A stretch of DNA of 25,244 nt from Candidatus Hodarchaeota archaeon (GCA_029856365.1 JAHQWW010000050.1:1-25244); one strand, 5' to 3'. Counted from the stretch's first letter, positions 1 through 9,205 are shown. Program-made: numbers and translations. The notes: generated from the letters alone by a model not told the origin.

Positions 1-116
1 AGAGTAAATCTATAAGAGGGTTCCATACCTCCATCAGCATACGAACGTAACGATTGGGTTAATAATTCATCAGGACAACATAGAACACAAATTTTGAGTA
101 GATACTCATCAGGCAT
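1..116 (-). CDS. 5' end (runs off window) of a Rab-like small GTPase homologue with a degenerate P-loop; paralogue of 17586..18164
   Basis: Not in the ORF track. Hand translation from ATG at 116 gives MPDEYLLKICVLCCPDELLTQSLRSYADGGMEPSYRFT, matching KICVLCSPDDILTKLL of the 17586 ORF. Both starts have GAATGTGGAGA ending 5 nt upstream. Confidence 0.8.
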   Translation of the reverse strand, partial: MPDEYLLKICVLCCPDELLTQSLRSYADGGMEPSYRFT

Positions 117-155
117 TTATCTCTCCACATTCCTATTATTTCTCCGAAATATGAA

Positions 156-273
156 AACAGCGCACAAACATCAGATCGTTTTGCCCGTACTCGAAGATTT
201 ACACTCCTTAAGCTACCTGACGATAGGACTACTTAATTTCCACACGGTTAGCCCTTGTGCGATTAGTGGCAGC
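156..273. repeat. Dispersed intergenic repeat, copy 1 (full length, ~118 bp)
   Basis: AACAGCGCACAAACATCAGATCG...AAGCTACCTGACGATAGGACTACTTAATTTCCACACGGTTAGCCCTTGTGCGATTAGTGGCAGC. Positions 238-273 are identical to 11250-11285. Confidence 0.9.
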
Positions 274-334
274 TAGTGATTATTTTTATGCTTTATAAGC
301 TCTATCTTCTTGATAACCTTAGATAAGGCTAAAG

Positions 335-868
335 CTACCGAGTTGCTGCAGGCTCTTTCTGCTGGACTTCACACCATTGAGCGACGGCTGCACGGATGAC
401 TCTGTAGTGTCTTCCAGAATACCAAAGGCCCCAGGTGAATTCTGTCGAAATTTCGAAGGTTACATTATTTATAAAGCATGTGCCAAGTATGACGTTCATA
501 TGAAGACCAGAACGGTCTTTAAAGTCCCCCTCTATCCCTGTCAACCTTTGATAGAGACTATCTTCACAAAAAAACACAAGAAAAGTCCCCAGTTCCTTCC
601 ACCAAGGGAATTTCGCGTATTTGGACGTCAGACTCTTCCGAACCTGGGGAAAAAAATTCTCGAAAAGTGAGGCATTAGTAATAGTATCAGGAATTTCAAC
701 AATTGCACAAAGGTACCTCACTAACCAGCGTCGAGGGGTCTTAATAATCGCCACAAAATGAATGTCATTAATGATACCTTCATCATATTCCGTGTAACGA
801 TACTCAGAAAGATTTTCCTTTAGAAGTTCTACTAGTTGGCTATAGTTTATCAAACGTTGTCCTTCCAT
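335..868 (-). CDS. Hypothetical protein (177 aa)
   Basis: ATG start with a purine-rich GAAGGA upstream and globular composition. No recognised motif. Bracketed by repeat copies 1 and 2. Confidence 0.65.
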   Translation of the reverse strand: MEGQRLINYSQLVELLKENLSEYRYTEYDEGIINDIHFVAIIKTPRRWLVRYLCAIVEIPDTITNASLFENFFPQVRKSLTSKYAKFPWWKELGTFLVFFCEDSLYQRLTGIEGDFKDRSGLHMNVILGTCFINNVTFEISTEFTWGLWYSGRHYRVIRAAVAQWCEVQQKEPAATR

Positions 869-1077
869 AAAGTGGATCCTTCATCAACATTACCTGGGGC
901 TCCATTGCTTATAATAGTATACATCTTGGATATTTCATTACAATAGTATAAGCCACCCACAGAAAATTCACACATAACATGCCCAAGACCAGATTGTGAA
1001 AGAATAGCGTACTCCGAAAAACTCGCCCAACATTTCGGAAGTCAACCATAAAACGGTTCCACCAAGACAGATCTGTC

Positions 1078-1199
1078 AACAGCGTACAGACATCAAACCG
1101 AGGGTTCGCACATTGAAGCTGCTGACTCCTGAAGCTACCTGAGGATAGGACTACTCAATTTCTATAGTTTTTTTCTGAAATTTAACCTTTGTGATTAGT
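1078..1199. repeat. Dispersed repeat, copy 2 (full length, right module degenerate)
   Basis: AACAGCGTACAGACATCAAACCG...ATTGAAGCTGCTGACTCCTGAAGCTACCTGAGGATAGGACTACTCAATTTC...TTAACCTTTGTGATTAGT. Confidence 0.9.
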
Positions 1200-1341
1200 C
1201 TTATTCTCACAGATCCAGTATGTAAAAAATTAATACATTATTTATACAAGATAAGTCTAAAAATGTTAAGATTAGAAATAATTAAGAATAGAGAGAATTA
1301 TGTATATTAACTGATGAAATAATTAAAAAGATGATGCGAAG

Positions 1342-1587
1342 ATGACAATCACATTAGAGAATGAGGTTGCTGAGGATTTAATAAAGTTTAAATTACAACA
1401 TATTCAAGAAACAATAAGTTCCATCTTGAATAAATGGAATGAAGATAATATTGAAGATTTTATCAAGAAAGCGAAAACCGGGGAGTTAGCTGATGCGGAA
1501 ATGGATGCTATAACAATCAAACAACTAGCGAAAGACGTGGAAAAGCTAACCACACTCTTAAAAAGTGTGAGGAAGGAGGATTCTTAG
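1342..1587 (+). CDS. Small helical protein, putative antitoxin
   Basis: 81-aa acidic, helical ORF directly upstream of a DUF6516-like frame, in a two-gene toxin-antitoxin-like layout. Confidence 0.65.
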   Translation: MTITLENEVAEDLIKFKLQHIQETISSILNKWNEDNIEDFIKKAKTGELADAEMDAITIKQLAKDVEKLTTLLKSVRKEDS

Positions 1588-1947
1588 ATAGATCCATTAG
1601 TAAAACTTAAAGAAGCACGAAAATTATTAATTGATGCTTTACAAGCTGAAATTATAGATCTGGAACTCGATACATCAATTTATCAACTAAAACTGACCTT
1701 TACCACGGGGGCACAGCTATTTATTCGATATAATGAATTTGAAGAGTATGGATACCAACTAATTATTTCAAAAAAGAAGTACGATACTATCAGATTTGAT
1801 AACTTTGATGATCGTTGGCCTGTCTCCTCTAGACCCCATCATCTTCATCCAAAAGGTAATAAACCCATTAAAGAAAGCCCCATGGTTGGAGTTCCCTCCC
1901 AAGACTTACCCAACTTAATTACACTCATTCTTGAAGAAATATATTGA
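1588..1947 (+). CDS. DUF6516 (TumE-like) putative toxin; ATA start or mutated start codon
   Basis: Not in the ORF track. 119 open codons IDPLVKLKEA...IRFDNFDDRWPVSSRPHHLHPK...LEEIY*, with the R(F/Y)DN...PHHxH motif. SD AGGAGG at 1574-1579, 8 nt before ATA 1588. Confidence 0.65.
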   Translation: MDPLVKLKEARKLLIDALQAEIIDLELDTSIYQLKLTFTTGAQLFIRYNEFEEYGYQLIISKKKYDTIRFDNFDDRWPVSSRPHHLHPKGNKPIKESPMVGVPSQDLPNLITLILEEIY

Positions 1948-2231
1948 CATAGTCAGCTTATCACTTCTCCTTGATTTTTAGAATAAGCATGCAGATATAA
2001 CATCTCCATTAAAGCTCCTGAGCTAAAAGTTGACCTCGCACAGGGAGGTCAAATGAGATCTCATCTAGCTAATTTACAATTTGGAGTTAGATAAACATCT
2101 GAAAATATATGCACTCCATTCGGAAGAGGTTAAAAGCTAAAAATACTAGAATTTCCTTATAATAGCTATAGACAAGCAAATAATGAGAAATTCATCCCCA
2201 TAACAGCTGGTATTGAGTTTCGTGACAAAAT

Positions 2232-2591
2232 ATGATGATCTTTGAAGAATTTAACAGTACATGCCATTTTAAAGTTAGTAAATATTGTCATTATTATTCT
2301 ACCCCTGTTCTGTGCTCCCATGATTATTGTCCTCGAGTTAAATCGGAAATAGGTTTTCAAAAACGTCTGGAACTAGAAGCACGGCATTTTAAATCCCCTT
2401 CTTTTGCTATTGAGGATTTTGATAAGAGGAACTTCCATCGTCCTGTTGTTCATGATAGAGCTTTCAATGAATGGCTTACAAGTATTGATTCTTCACTGTT
2501 TAAATTTGCTAAACGAAAGGAAATAGATGATCTTGTCATTAAGAAATTGAAGGAGAAAAACTGCAAAAATAAATCTAAAAAGGTCTTATAG
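2232..2591 (+). CDS. Hypothetical protein with a Cys/His-rich N-terminus
   Basis: 119-aa ORF. CH..CH..CSHDYCP cluster may bind metal. No family recognised. Confidence 0.45.
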   Translation: MMIFEEFNSTCHFKVSKYCHYYSTPVLCSHDYCPRVKSEIGFQKRLELEARHFKSPSFAIEDFDKRNFHRPVVHDRAFNEWLTSIDSSLFKFAKRKEIDDLVIKKLKEKNCKNKSKKVL

Positions 2592-2826
2592 GTCGATTTC
2601 TTGAAGAGAAAAACTATGGTTCCAAATAATTTCGTCAAACGATTTTCGTGTTGAGAATTATTGAAATTTATTCTTATAAAATATAAATCAACATAAATTG
2701 ACTACCACTCCTCGAAAAATTTCGACATGAGTAGATTTTTTCTCAAATCCGAGGAAAGTTCACGTCCGATGATTGGATATGATAACTAGTCAATCGAGAA
2801 ATGACGTTGATCTCAATTCTTTACTA

Positions 2827-4176
2827 TTATTTTCTTGGAAATAGATTTAATTTGTTTTTTACGAAACTTCTAATGGTAAGAAGTGGATGAAAAGCTGTTG
2901 CTTTTTTAAATTCAATCGGATCTTCGATTGTAAAGTAACTAAACCAAAGTAAAAACCGGAACAATAATACTATGAACATAAGTATTCCAATTAAATTTAA
3001 TGTTGGTTTCTGGTTACCACTTAAAATTTGTAAGGCTAAACCTGTTATGCTAGATCCAATAAACGCACTAATTCCACCAATTAATCCCACCAATGAAATA
3101 TAGGTAGCTCTTTTATTGTTATTTTCAGGAGAAATTTCAGCAATGTCAAAGATCAATGTCTGGATGGCAATTGTGGATCCACCCAAGAAAAAGCCAATGA
3201 TAATATTAGTCACAAGTATCCAAAAGACTTGATTTGTTATTATTGCCACGATTACAAAGAATGGAGGAAGTATTAAGGCCCCACGTGACCCAATAATAAC
3301 TTTCTTTCGCCCAATCCTGTCTGCTAACCATCCACCAATATTTTGACTAAATGCAATCGTTATTCCTGACGAAAATGCTAAAACACCAATTTCAAACCAA
3401 TTGTGAGAAAGACCGAAGGTAACATATGGGAAAAGAGGCCAGCCTGCGCCCCAAGCCAAAGTAAAGATAAAATCTGCAATAAGGAATTTTCTTAAGGGTT
3501 GTGGTAACGGGAACAAGAATTTTCTCAAAAATTCCCTGCTGGGTTTAATAGACTCAACTCTCATTATTGTTTGGCTCTTGGGAAGTAAAATAGTGAGGAA
3601 CATCGCAAAACCATAGCCAAGAGAACTAATAAAAAACGGAAGGGTTAAAGTTCGAATATCTTGGCGAATTGGGTCAATCTGATCCATGAAAAATGTAACT
3701 AATAATAGCACAAAATTACCAATGAATGTTATGAAGGAACTTATACGACCTAATACTGTACCTCTAGATTTAGGTGTTGTGAAATCAGCAAGGTAAGCAG
3801 ACCAAGCTGGTCCAACCATCACAAGACCCAAAATGGTTTGAAATATTAATAAAAAAAGGACAATTAAGGGGGTGGTGGAAAATGGTATCAAGAAAGAAAC
3901 GAGAAATAAAACAAAATTTCCCCCAAATAAAAACAATCTTCTATCAAATCTATCAGCTAGGTAACCCCAAATGGGATTAAACAGAGCAGCACCTAATTGG
4001 CGAAAAGAGGTTAAAAAACCTTGAACAATACCTGTAGCGCCAAGCATAATCGCTAAAAATTGGTATAAATTGTCAAATAACACAGATCCAATATAATTAC
4101 ATAGTCCAAGAACATAAGTCATTGGAGGGAATCGATTACCTGTGTGATTATCTTCTATAAATTCTGTTTTGCTCAT
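2827..4176 (-). CDS. MFS transporter
   Basis: About 12 hydrophobic segments. MFS motif A occurs in both halves (GYLADRFDRR; GWLADRIGRK). Confidence 0.92.
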   Translation of the reverse strand: MSKTEFIEDNHTGNRFPPMTYVLGLCNYIGSVLFDNLYQFLAIMLGATGIVQGFLTSFRQLGAALFNPIWGYLADRFDRRLFLFGGNFVLFLVSFLIPFSTTPLIVLFLLIFQTILGLVMVGPAWSAYLADFTTPKSRGTVLGRISSFITFIGNFVLLLVTFFMDQIDPIRQDIRTLTLPFFISSLGYGFAMFLTILLPKSQTIMRVESIKPSREFLRKFLFPLPQPLRKFLIADFIFTLAWGAGWPLFPYVTFGLSHNWFEIGVLAFSSGITIAFSQNIGGWLADRIGRKKVIIGSRGALILPPFFVIVAIITNQVFWILVTNIIIGFFLGGSTIAIQTLIFDIAEISPENNNKRATYISLVGLIGGISAFIGSSITGLALQILSGNQKPTLNLIGILMFIVLLFRFLLWFSYFTIEDPIEFKKATAFHPLLTIRSFVKNKLNLFPRK

Positions 4177-4210
4177 ATGAGTAATCGGAAGGAATTTGGT
4201 AATTTTTTAA

Positions 4211-4283
4211 AAGCTATCTGACGGTAGTTCCGCAAAATTCCCACAAGCTTCTAGAAAATTAACCCTGGTGCGATTAGTGGCAG
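4211..4283. repeat. Dispersed repeat, copy 3 (core plus right module)
   Basis: AAGCTATCTGACGGTAG...AATTCCCACA...TTAACCCTGGTGCGATTAGTGGCAG, 35 nt upstream of the MFS start. Confidence 0.8.
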
Positions 4284-4594
4284 GAAAGGATGTTTACTTT
4301 ATTTTTATTAGAGCTTCAGAATATAAAAGGATAACTACTCACAAAACATGGGAAAATCTGATTGGCAGACGGCTGAAAAATTTCTAGAAGATTGAAAGAA
4401 AAGCTAATTACCTCAAAGGACTCAAGCGTGAATAATTAATGCAAGAAAATTTATAACAAAAAGCTACATTAATCTCACTGAAATAAGATATTAGATATAT
4501 TTAACAAATCTCCCAAAGAGATATCGTGAACCACTCAATTATGGAGAGTAGGGATTAAAATTGATCCAATCGTTATTTTTAAGAAGGTTTGTTA

Positions 4595-4885
4595 ATGGCT
4601 AATAATCAAAGATTCGACAATAAGAGATTAACGTAAAAGGAACAGGCTGTATTATATGCTGCTTATTGGATTCTCGACGCTCGTTATGATCAACATGTTC
4701 CTATAGGAAAAATACGGCAAAAAATGGTAGGAAAAGCTCAATATAAGATTAAAAAACCATTAAGGTCATTGGTTGCCATGGGACTATTGCAAGGACATCC
4801 AACAGCAGGTGAAATGAACTATTCTCCGACCGCAGAGGGAATTCAACTGGCTCGAGAATATTTCCCAGACTTGTTTCCTGTTTAA
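4595..4885 (+). pseudogene. Winged-helix DNA-binding protein with a nonsense codon
   Basis: MANNQRFDNKRLT*KEQAVLYAAY...LRSLVAMGLL...NYSPTAEGIQLA. A single TAA at 4634-4636 interrupts an otherwise open 96-codon frame with a wHTH signature. Confidence 0.65.
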
Positions 4886-4905
4886 GTAATAGGTATTGCT
4901 AGTGT

Positions 4906-5211
4906 TTACTCTTGGTAGGAGTCTTCATCCATCTTGACCATCTCGTCCCAGGGGACTACGTAATATGTTTTCTTAGGATGAGGATTAGAAATAGTTTTGG
5001 CCCGAACTTCACCCTGATTAAATAATATCTTTAAATGATAATGGACTTTGCCACGGGACCAATTGAGTCTTTGGGAAATTTCATATTCAGTTAGTCCAGG
5101 GTGGTCCTCAACACAAAACAATAAATGTCTCCGTTGCTTTTCACCCTCAAGTCGACGCTTCATCTGGGAGACTTTAGTAGCGCTGTCTGTATTTCGCATA
5201 GGTAATAACAC
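4906..5211 (-). CDS. Winged helix-turn-helix regulator (ArsR/MarR-like)
   Basis: HPGLTEYEISQRLNWSRGKVHYHLKIL..GEV pattern. Confidence 0.8.
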   Translation of the reverse strand: MLLPMRNTDSATKVSQMKRRLEGEKQRRHLLFCVEDHPGLTEYEISQRLNWSRGKVHYHLKILFNQGEVRAKTISNPHPKKTYYVVPWDEMVKMDEDSYQE

Positions 5212-5376
5212 ATTCGCCTTTGTCTTTTATTCTGTTCAAATATAATAAAAAGGGGACAACTTATAAAGTTATCGCTAACAAACTACTTATTTAATAGAAA
5301 AAACAGAAAATCTTGCTGGAATAATATTCAATAACGATTTATATTAGTTTGAAAAGAAAAAACTTCATAAATTCAC

Positions 5377-5410
5377 GAAGTCAATGACCCCTGAAGCCAC
5401 CTGACGATAG
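5377..5410. repeat. Dispersed repeat, copy 4 (core only)
   Basis: GAAGTCAATGACCCCTGAAGCCACCTGACGATAG. The last 19 nt are identical to the copy 6 core. Confidence 0.8.
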
Positions 5411-5478
5411 ATTTTAAGGATCTAAGATGAAAGAATCACAAACAAACCTTTAACTTTTTATATAGATAGTGAAGAAGA

Positions 5479-6033
5479 ATGAAGAGTAAGTTAAAAAAAT
5501 CGCTAAAAGACAAACAATTCGTTCTGGACGAAATAACACGAATATCTGAAAGGGAAGCCCAAGCGAAGGTTGATGAAATTTCCTTTGGTTTGATTTTGGC
5601 TTTTTTCTTGCATGAAACTGGGCCAATTCCATTGATGGTGACTCCTGAATCATTATCATCATTTGAATTAGCACTCCATGCACTTGCAGATAGGTCATTT
5701 TCCATATTTGGGTTTGTAACAAATCCTGATGAGACAAAAAATGCTTCATTCGGATTCCAATTTCAAAAGGAAAAATGTACCGTTTTTGGATATGATTTCG
5801 CCATACTCAATTCTGAATCACCTGATAATAAAGATAGCTTTATACTTTGTTTTTTGGTTCGGCCGCCACGGGGAAATTTAGAGATCCTATCTCTTTTTTA
5901 CCACGAACTATTAGAGTACTACCAAAAAATAAGAGGATTAATGACTATTAAAGCCGATCAAGAATTAGTACTCAAAGAAATGCACAATGTTCGTTTATTT
6001 TATGCTAAAGCTATGCTTGCTCTAGTAAAGTAG
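5479..6033 (+). CDS. Putative longin/uDENN-like (NPR2/folliculin-type N-terminal fold) protein
   Basis: LILAFFLHETGPIPL..TP matches the hhhxxFxxxxGP..P start of uDENN/longin domains. It is followed by beta-strands (TVFGYDFAI, SFILCFLV) and terminal helices. The ORF itself is secure; the fold call is by eye. Confidence 0.55.
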   Translation: MKSKLKKSLKDKQFVLDEITRISEREAQAKVDEISFGLILAFFLHETGPIPLMVTPESLSSFELALHALADRSFSIFGFVTNPDETKNASFGFQFQKEKCTVFGYDFAILNSESPDNKDSFILCFLVRPPRGNLEILSLFYHELLEYYQKIRGLMTIKADQELVLKEMHNVRLFYAKAMLALVK

Positions 6034-6043
6034 AGTTGTGGGG

Positions 6044-6154
6044 ATGATTCGTGATTTGATACGAGATCAAGTAGATATCAAACTCATTCAGAAAGCCATG
6101 GAGAATATTCGTAACTTTTACACGTATTTTTTGATTCAAAATGAAAAGCAATGA
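6044..6154 (+). pseudogene. C-terminal remnant of a paralogue of the 5479..6033 protein
   Basis: IRDLIRDQVDIKLIQKAMENIRNFY aligns without gaps to IRGLMTIKADQELVLKEMHNVRLFY (11/25 identical by hand count). Confidence 0.65.
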
Positions 6155-6566
6155 TGCTGGGTGAAAAGGAGGTACCAAAAGATGGGTGATAAGAAAGGAG
6201 AAGAAAATCTAAGATGAAAAAATCAACAATAGATGAAAACGATCTATTAAAGAAATTTTGTGATAATGCTTTTGGGAGTGATTTTACCTGGATCCCAGGG
6301 CTGAAGGAAGTGAAAACGGATGATATGGCTATTCCAAAGGAAAATTGTATTGTAATGATTGGACGAAAGTGGGGGGAATCAAATACCCTTCCCCTTTCCC
6401 TTTTTCTAAAGAATTCCTTGAATCTGCATCCACAAAATAAACAATATTGTCGCTTTTCCCACCCTATTTGTGAAATTAAGGTGATACAGAACTCACAGGT
6501 ATGGCGTTGACATCTAGAACACTGGATAAGATAGGAATCTCTTCCACAGATCAGACAACTAGTCAT
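6084..6566 (-). CDS. 8-Cys FYVE/PHD-like zinc-finger protein, copy A (conserved part ~6390-6566)
   Basis: Start at ATG 6566 (MTSCLIC) behind AGAAGGA. Pattern C-x2-C-x8-C-x2-C-x4-C-x2-C-x14-C-x2-C. Paralogue at 20863..21423. Confidence 0.7.
   Translation of the reverse strand: MTSCLICGRDSYLIQCSRCQRHTCEFCITLISQIGWEKRQYCLFCGCRFKEFFRKRERGRVFDSPHFRPIITIQFSFGIAISSVFTSFSPGIQVKSLPKALSQNFFNRSFSSIVDFFILDFLLLSYHPSFGTSFSPSIIAFHFESKNTCKSYEYSPWLSE
6214..6510 (+). pseudogene. Probably a 3'-truncated hypothetical gene (only about the first 58 codons native)
   Basis: SD-like AAGGAG and an ATG. After ~6390 the frame runs into the antisense of the zinc-finger paralogue. Confidence 0.35.
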
Positions 6567-6800
6567 ATTTTTCCTTCTTTGATAGATCCTGCATTTCTTT
6601 AAATGAAATGGTAGTTCATTCGGGAGCAACCACACAAAAAATCACCAGCGTTCAGGTATATACTCCACATGAGCCCATTTACATTAACAACAATTCTCTG
6701 CTTTTTACACTAAAGCTATTTTCGAAAGTACGAACATTTCAATTTAGGTGCTAGTTTCCCTAATTCACAAATTTGTCTATAAACATTTTATATTCTTCTA

Positions 6801-7229
6801 TCAACACATCTGTGCTCTGGAAACTGTTCTCAAGGAAATATATTTCAACCCATCCACAGATCGAAGTTTTTTCAACAAAATACGAATATTTTTCACAATG
6901 TCACTGACTATTAAATTTTCCAAACATTCTTCTGGGGTCATATGAAAATGGGAAGAAAAACCTATATTAAAACGATGTTGCACCTCTATAAATTGCTGTA
7001 TTGTACTTAAGTCGTGATGGTCATACACAACTGATATAATTACAGTTACTTCAGTAGTTTCAGAAATATTATCAAGAGCTTCCTCTGATTCGAAAAATTT
7101 TTGAAGAGCATCCCTAATCATTTGAGAAGTATTCTGATACCCAAATTCTTCAACCTTAGTTGCAATCAACTTTTTGAATTCTGGTTCACATGAAAAGGTA
7201 ATTGTCTCACGAATTCCCTTCTGAGTCAT
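6801..7229 (-). CDS. nikR: Nickel-responsive regulator NikR (ribbon-helix-helix plus ACT-like domain)
   Basis: RHH N-terminus (ITFS...GYQNTSQMIRDAL), YDHH, and the Ni ligand pattern QH...HxH...C (QH-RFNIGFSS-HFH-MTPEE-CLE). Lies directly downstream of the ECF operon. Confidence 0.88.
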   Translation of the reverse strand: MTQKGIRETITFSCEPEFKKLIATKVEEFGYQNTSQMIRDALQKFFESEEALDNISETTEVTVIISVVYDHHDLSTIQQFIEVQHRFNIGFSSHFHMTPEECLENLIVSDIVKNIRILLKKLRSVDGLKYISLRTVSRAQMC

Positions 7230-7301
7230 TTTAATCCTTCTATGATTTTTTCTTGTTACAATTCAGTTATTCATAAATTTCTATATGTCAATTTTGGACA
7301 A

Positions 7302-8045
7302 TCATATATTTAGTAACTCTTGTTGCTGAAAATCCTCATAGGTTGAAAAATCCCCTTTAATTTTTCCTTGTTTCATCAACAAAATTCGATCAGCGATTTT
7401 CATTACATCTACATCGTGAGTGATTACGACTACTGTTCTTTTTCTAGTAAATGACCGAATAGTCTCAATCATTCTGGGTTTTGTCCAGGGATCGATTCCA
7501 ATCGTTGGTTCATCGAATATAATTAATTTCGGTCGCATAGCCAATATACCAGCGAAAGCAACTTTCTTTTTTTCTCCAAAAGATAAATTAAAGGTGACCT
7601 TATCTTTTAGATGGGTAATTTGAACCTCTTCTAAAGCATTCTCTACTCTATCCTGGATTTCCTCCCAAGAAAGTCGCATGTTCTTAGGGCCAAAAGCAAC
7701 ATCCTCATAAACCTTAGGAAAGAATATCTGTTCCTCAGGATTCTCAAAGACCAACCCTACTAATTTTTGGATCTCTCCTCTATTCTTTTTTGTTACTTGC
7801 TTGTTGAACACGACTACCTCTCCTTGTTGTGGAAGTAATAGTCCGTTAAAATGCTTCATTAGAGTTGTCTTCCCAGAACCATTGGGGCCAGCTATTACTG
7901 TAAGATTATTTCGGAAAAATTTGACAGAAACATTCTCTAGCACTAATGTTTGTTTTCGAGAATAACTAAAAGATAAATCTTGCACCTCTAGAATGATATC
8001 ATTAGTAGAAAATTCTTTATTCTGGTTATTTACTAGTGTACTCAT
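7302..8045 (-). CDS. nikO: ECF transporter ATPase (NikO/CbiO)
   Basis: Walker A GPNGSGKT, signature LSFGEKK, Walker B IIFDEP, H-loop ITHD. Start moved to ATG 8045, which overlaps the nikQ stop (ATGA). Confidence 0.92.
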   Translation of the reverse strand: MSTLVNNQNKEFSTNDIILEVQDLSFSYSRKQTLVLENVSVKFFRNNLTVIAGPNGSGKTTLMKHFNGLLLPQQGEVVVFNKQVTKKNRGEIQKLVGLVFENPEEQIFFPKVYEDVAFGPKNMRLSWEEIQDRVENALEEVQITHLKDKVTFNLSFGEKKKVAFAGILAMRPKLIIFDEPTIGIDPWTKPRMIETIRSFTRKRTVVVITHDVDVMKIADRILLMKQGKIKGDFSTYEDFQQQELLNI

Positions 8046-8842
8046 AATAAACCCTTCAGAATCATAATTGGGGGTAATTGACCTATAATCATTGTTATTA
8101 TCGTAATAAAAGTTATCGTGACAAAGAATACGATCCCCTGGATAGTCCATGGATGGTGGGGATGCATTAATTTACCAGAAAACCCCCTCGCGGATAATGT
8201 GGCAGATACATGTTCCGCTCGTTTAAATGATCGAGCTAATAAACCTCCGAGGATATTGCCAATAACTTTTAATGATTCAAGATTCATTCGAAGCTTTTCT
8301 CCATACAGACGATTGGATCGGGCCTCAAGAATCCGTTCTAGCTCTTCTTGCATAAGGAAAAAAAATCGGTAGGTAAAAAAAGTCAGACTTGTCAATAATT
8401 CTGGCATTCCAAGCTCGTCTAAACCATAAATGATTTCAAAAAAATCTGCTTCGGAGTTAATGAGTATTAAGACAAATATGGCAATTAAATAACTACGTAG
8501 TCCTAAAAATAATGTAAAAGACAAATTATTATGGACAGTAGTGTAAAATACACTTTTATAAATAACAGGAGAGGGACTAAAGGAGAAAAAAGAAACAATT
8601 GACAATGATACAATTATTGGTAGTATAACAAGACTATATTTTAGAAAAGCCCTATGGGGCCGTAAAATAAGTACAAATAAGCCAAAAATCAAGTAAAACC
8701 AGAAAAGTTGATTCAGTTCCACAAGTAATGAACACGCTAAGACAACCAGAAATGTTGTGATTATTTTACTCCGAACATCTATTGCACGTCTACAAACTGA
8801 ATGATTTCTTTGTTTAATTTGTTGTAATTGGGAACTTGTCAA
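8042..8842 (-). CDS. nikQ: ECF transporter T component (NikQ/CbiQ)
   Basis: Membrane protein with YRF...E..RI..AR.NR and SARGF motifs. Probable TTG start at 8842 behind GAAGGA. Confidence 0.9.
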   Translation of the reverse strand: MTSSQLQQIKQRNHSVCRRAIDVRSKIITTFLVVLACSLLVELNQLFWFYLIFGLFVLILRPHRAFLKYSLVILPIIVSLSIVSFFSFSPSPVIYKSVFYTTVHNNLSFTLFLGLRSYLIAIFVLILINSEADFFEIIYGLDELGMPELLTSLTFFTYRFFFLMQEELERILEARSNRLYGEKLRMNLESLKVIGNILGGLLARSFKRAEHVSATLSARGFSGKLMHPHHPWTIQGIVFFVTITFITIITMIIGQLPPIMILKGLL

Positions 8843-8882
8843 ATTGTATCCTTCAAAAAAAAGGGAAATGTTATATCTTCTG

Positions 8883-9200
8883 CTAAGAAGAGATTTCCTT
8901 ACTACGTTGTTTGAGAATGAAGTATGGTGTGAAAAAGAGTCCAAACACGACAAGCACTCCAATTAAACCAGCGACTATGGTAGAAATCAAATCATTTTCA
9001 AGGATTCGATGGAGGACAGAACCTTCTGCACCATAATCAGTTAAGAACCCAAGATCGAATGATTCGCCTTCGTCAGCACCGTGATCTTCTAACGCGGCCT
9101 TTTCAAGACCATCTGGGCTAGGATCTGCAAATGGAGACAGAATCAATAACACTCCTAGAAGGACAACTATCCCAATAATGTATTTTTTATTGAATTCCAT
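8883..9200 (-). CDS. nikN: PDGLE-domain ECF component (NikN/CbiN-like)
   Basis: PDGLE motif and DY between two TM helices. Confidence 0.88.
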   Translation of the reverse strand: MEFNKKYIIGIVVLLGVLLILSPFADPSPDGLEKAALEDHGADEGESFDLGFLTDYGAEGSVLHRILENDLISTIVAGLIGVLVVFGLFFTPYFILKQRSKEISS

Positions 9201-9205
9201 TTATT

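Noticed and set aside
217-240. Hammerhead ribozyme (CUGANGA in CTGACGA/CTGAGGA)
   Set aside because: No GAAA after a stem II and no stems I/III could be built.
156-273. Repeat as a canonical integron attC (minus strand has GGCTAAC ... GCTGTT)
   Set aside because: The arms pair mostly through G-T on the gene strand and poorly on the other strand. There is no L''/L' box geometry, and conservation extends ~20 nt beyond the AAC. No integrase is in the window.
983-1012. Possible extra repeat fragment (CCAAGACCAGATTGTGAAAGAATAGCGTAC, resembling 1062-1087)
   Set aside because: Too short and gapped to count as a copy by eye; may be a local duplication.
377-6945. ORFs 377..670, 2166..2360, 2450..2638, 5048..5245, 5436..5705, 5450..5749, 6748..6945
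   Set aside because: They overlap better-supported genes on the other strand and have no motifs.
7420-8372. ORFs 7420..7623, 8118..8372 and the N-terminal extensions of 7302..8150 and 8042..8962
   Set aside because: Antisense shadows or overlaps of the nik operon genes.
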